NCBI GenBank assembly: GCA_030748415.1
Contig: JASMMA010000005.1
Location: 3,434 to 67,433, forward strand
Source: Planctomycetota bacterium
GTDB taxonomy: Bacteria; Planctomycetota; UBA1135
DNA: 64,000 nt
Direction: 5' to 3'
Positions 63,858-64,000 of the stretch are shown here, one piece after another; position 1 is the first letter of the stretch; every line of letters starts with the position of its first letter. The translations under genes and the position numbers were made by a program. The notes beneath the pieces are model-generated. The model worked only from the letters and a program-made list of their open reading frames with translations, ran no database searches and was not told where the DNA came from.

Positions 63858-64000
63858 CGTAGGGGGGTCTATCTAGCTAAATCCTATCAGAGATTGGAGT
63901 AACGGTGTTTATCGACGGTATTTTGGGTAGTCCTGCTTCCCGAAAACCTGGACTTGTTTCGAAAAAACGCCACAAGTCTTTATGGTTTCTAAAGATAGAG

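Noticed and set aside
1-64000. I searched by eye for CRISPR arrays, rRNA, IS elements, integrases, toxin-antitoxin pairs and known defence-system gene sets.
   Set aside because: I found none. No direct-repeat/spacer arrays, no transposase or integrase motifs, and no nuclease/ATPase/helicase clusters beyond housekeeping priA and rnd.

Overview
The window is 64 kb of compact bacterial chromosome with moderate GC (not computed). I cannot assign a phylum. The many exported hypothetical proteins, a sulfatase-like enzyme and an extended ECF sigma factor look PVC/Planctomycete-like, but that is only an impression. I count about 60 protein genes and one tRNA-Leu(GAG). I saw no rRNA, CRISPR array, transposase, integrase or phage genes. 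Genes are tightly packed: many start/stop overlaps (ATGA, GTGA, TGATG, TAATG) and convergent genes whose ends overlap by a few nt.

The recognisable core is housekeeping: nnrD, ygfZ, gpmI, priA, rnd, groES-groEL, cysK, an aspartate aminotransferase, manA, rluB, rsmD, pdxJ, pdxA, glnA and an ilvE-like gene. Envelope and secretome genes lie among them:
- S8 and matrixin proteases next to a two-component system
- an M28 peptidase
- a GH3 / sodium:solute symporter / ROK kinase group
- three tandem LolA-like paralogs
- a sulfatase-like enzyme
- an ECF sigma / anti-sigma module

Function calls rest on motif recognition only, with no database search.

The most unusual content is non-coding or small:
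1. Two diverged ~300-bp paralogous intergenic elements in inverted orientation (27962-28328 and 39959-40274). They share a conserved 5' block and an identical terminator. I read them as a candidate novel sRNA family.
2. Two 166-176-bp hairpin elements with perfect 26-30-bp terminal inverted repeats (38604-38769 and 49338-49513). Each sits just 5' of a minus-strand operon, and the one arm difference between them is changed in both arms of each element.
3. A 91-aa exported protein with 15 cysteines, built from 51-bp tandem repeats, next to a COG0523 metallochaperone.
4. A translationally coupled operon: Fe-S/NrfD fusion, Tat-less molybdoenzyme, DPPY methyltransferase and an OprO/P-type porin.
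5. A consensus sigma-54 promoter in front of an orphan receiver gene directly upstream of groESL.
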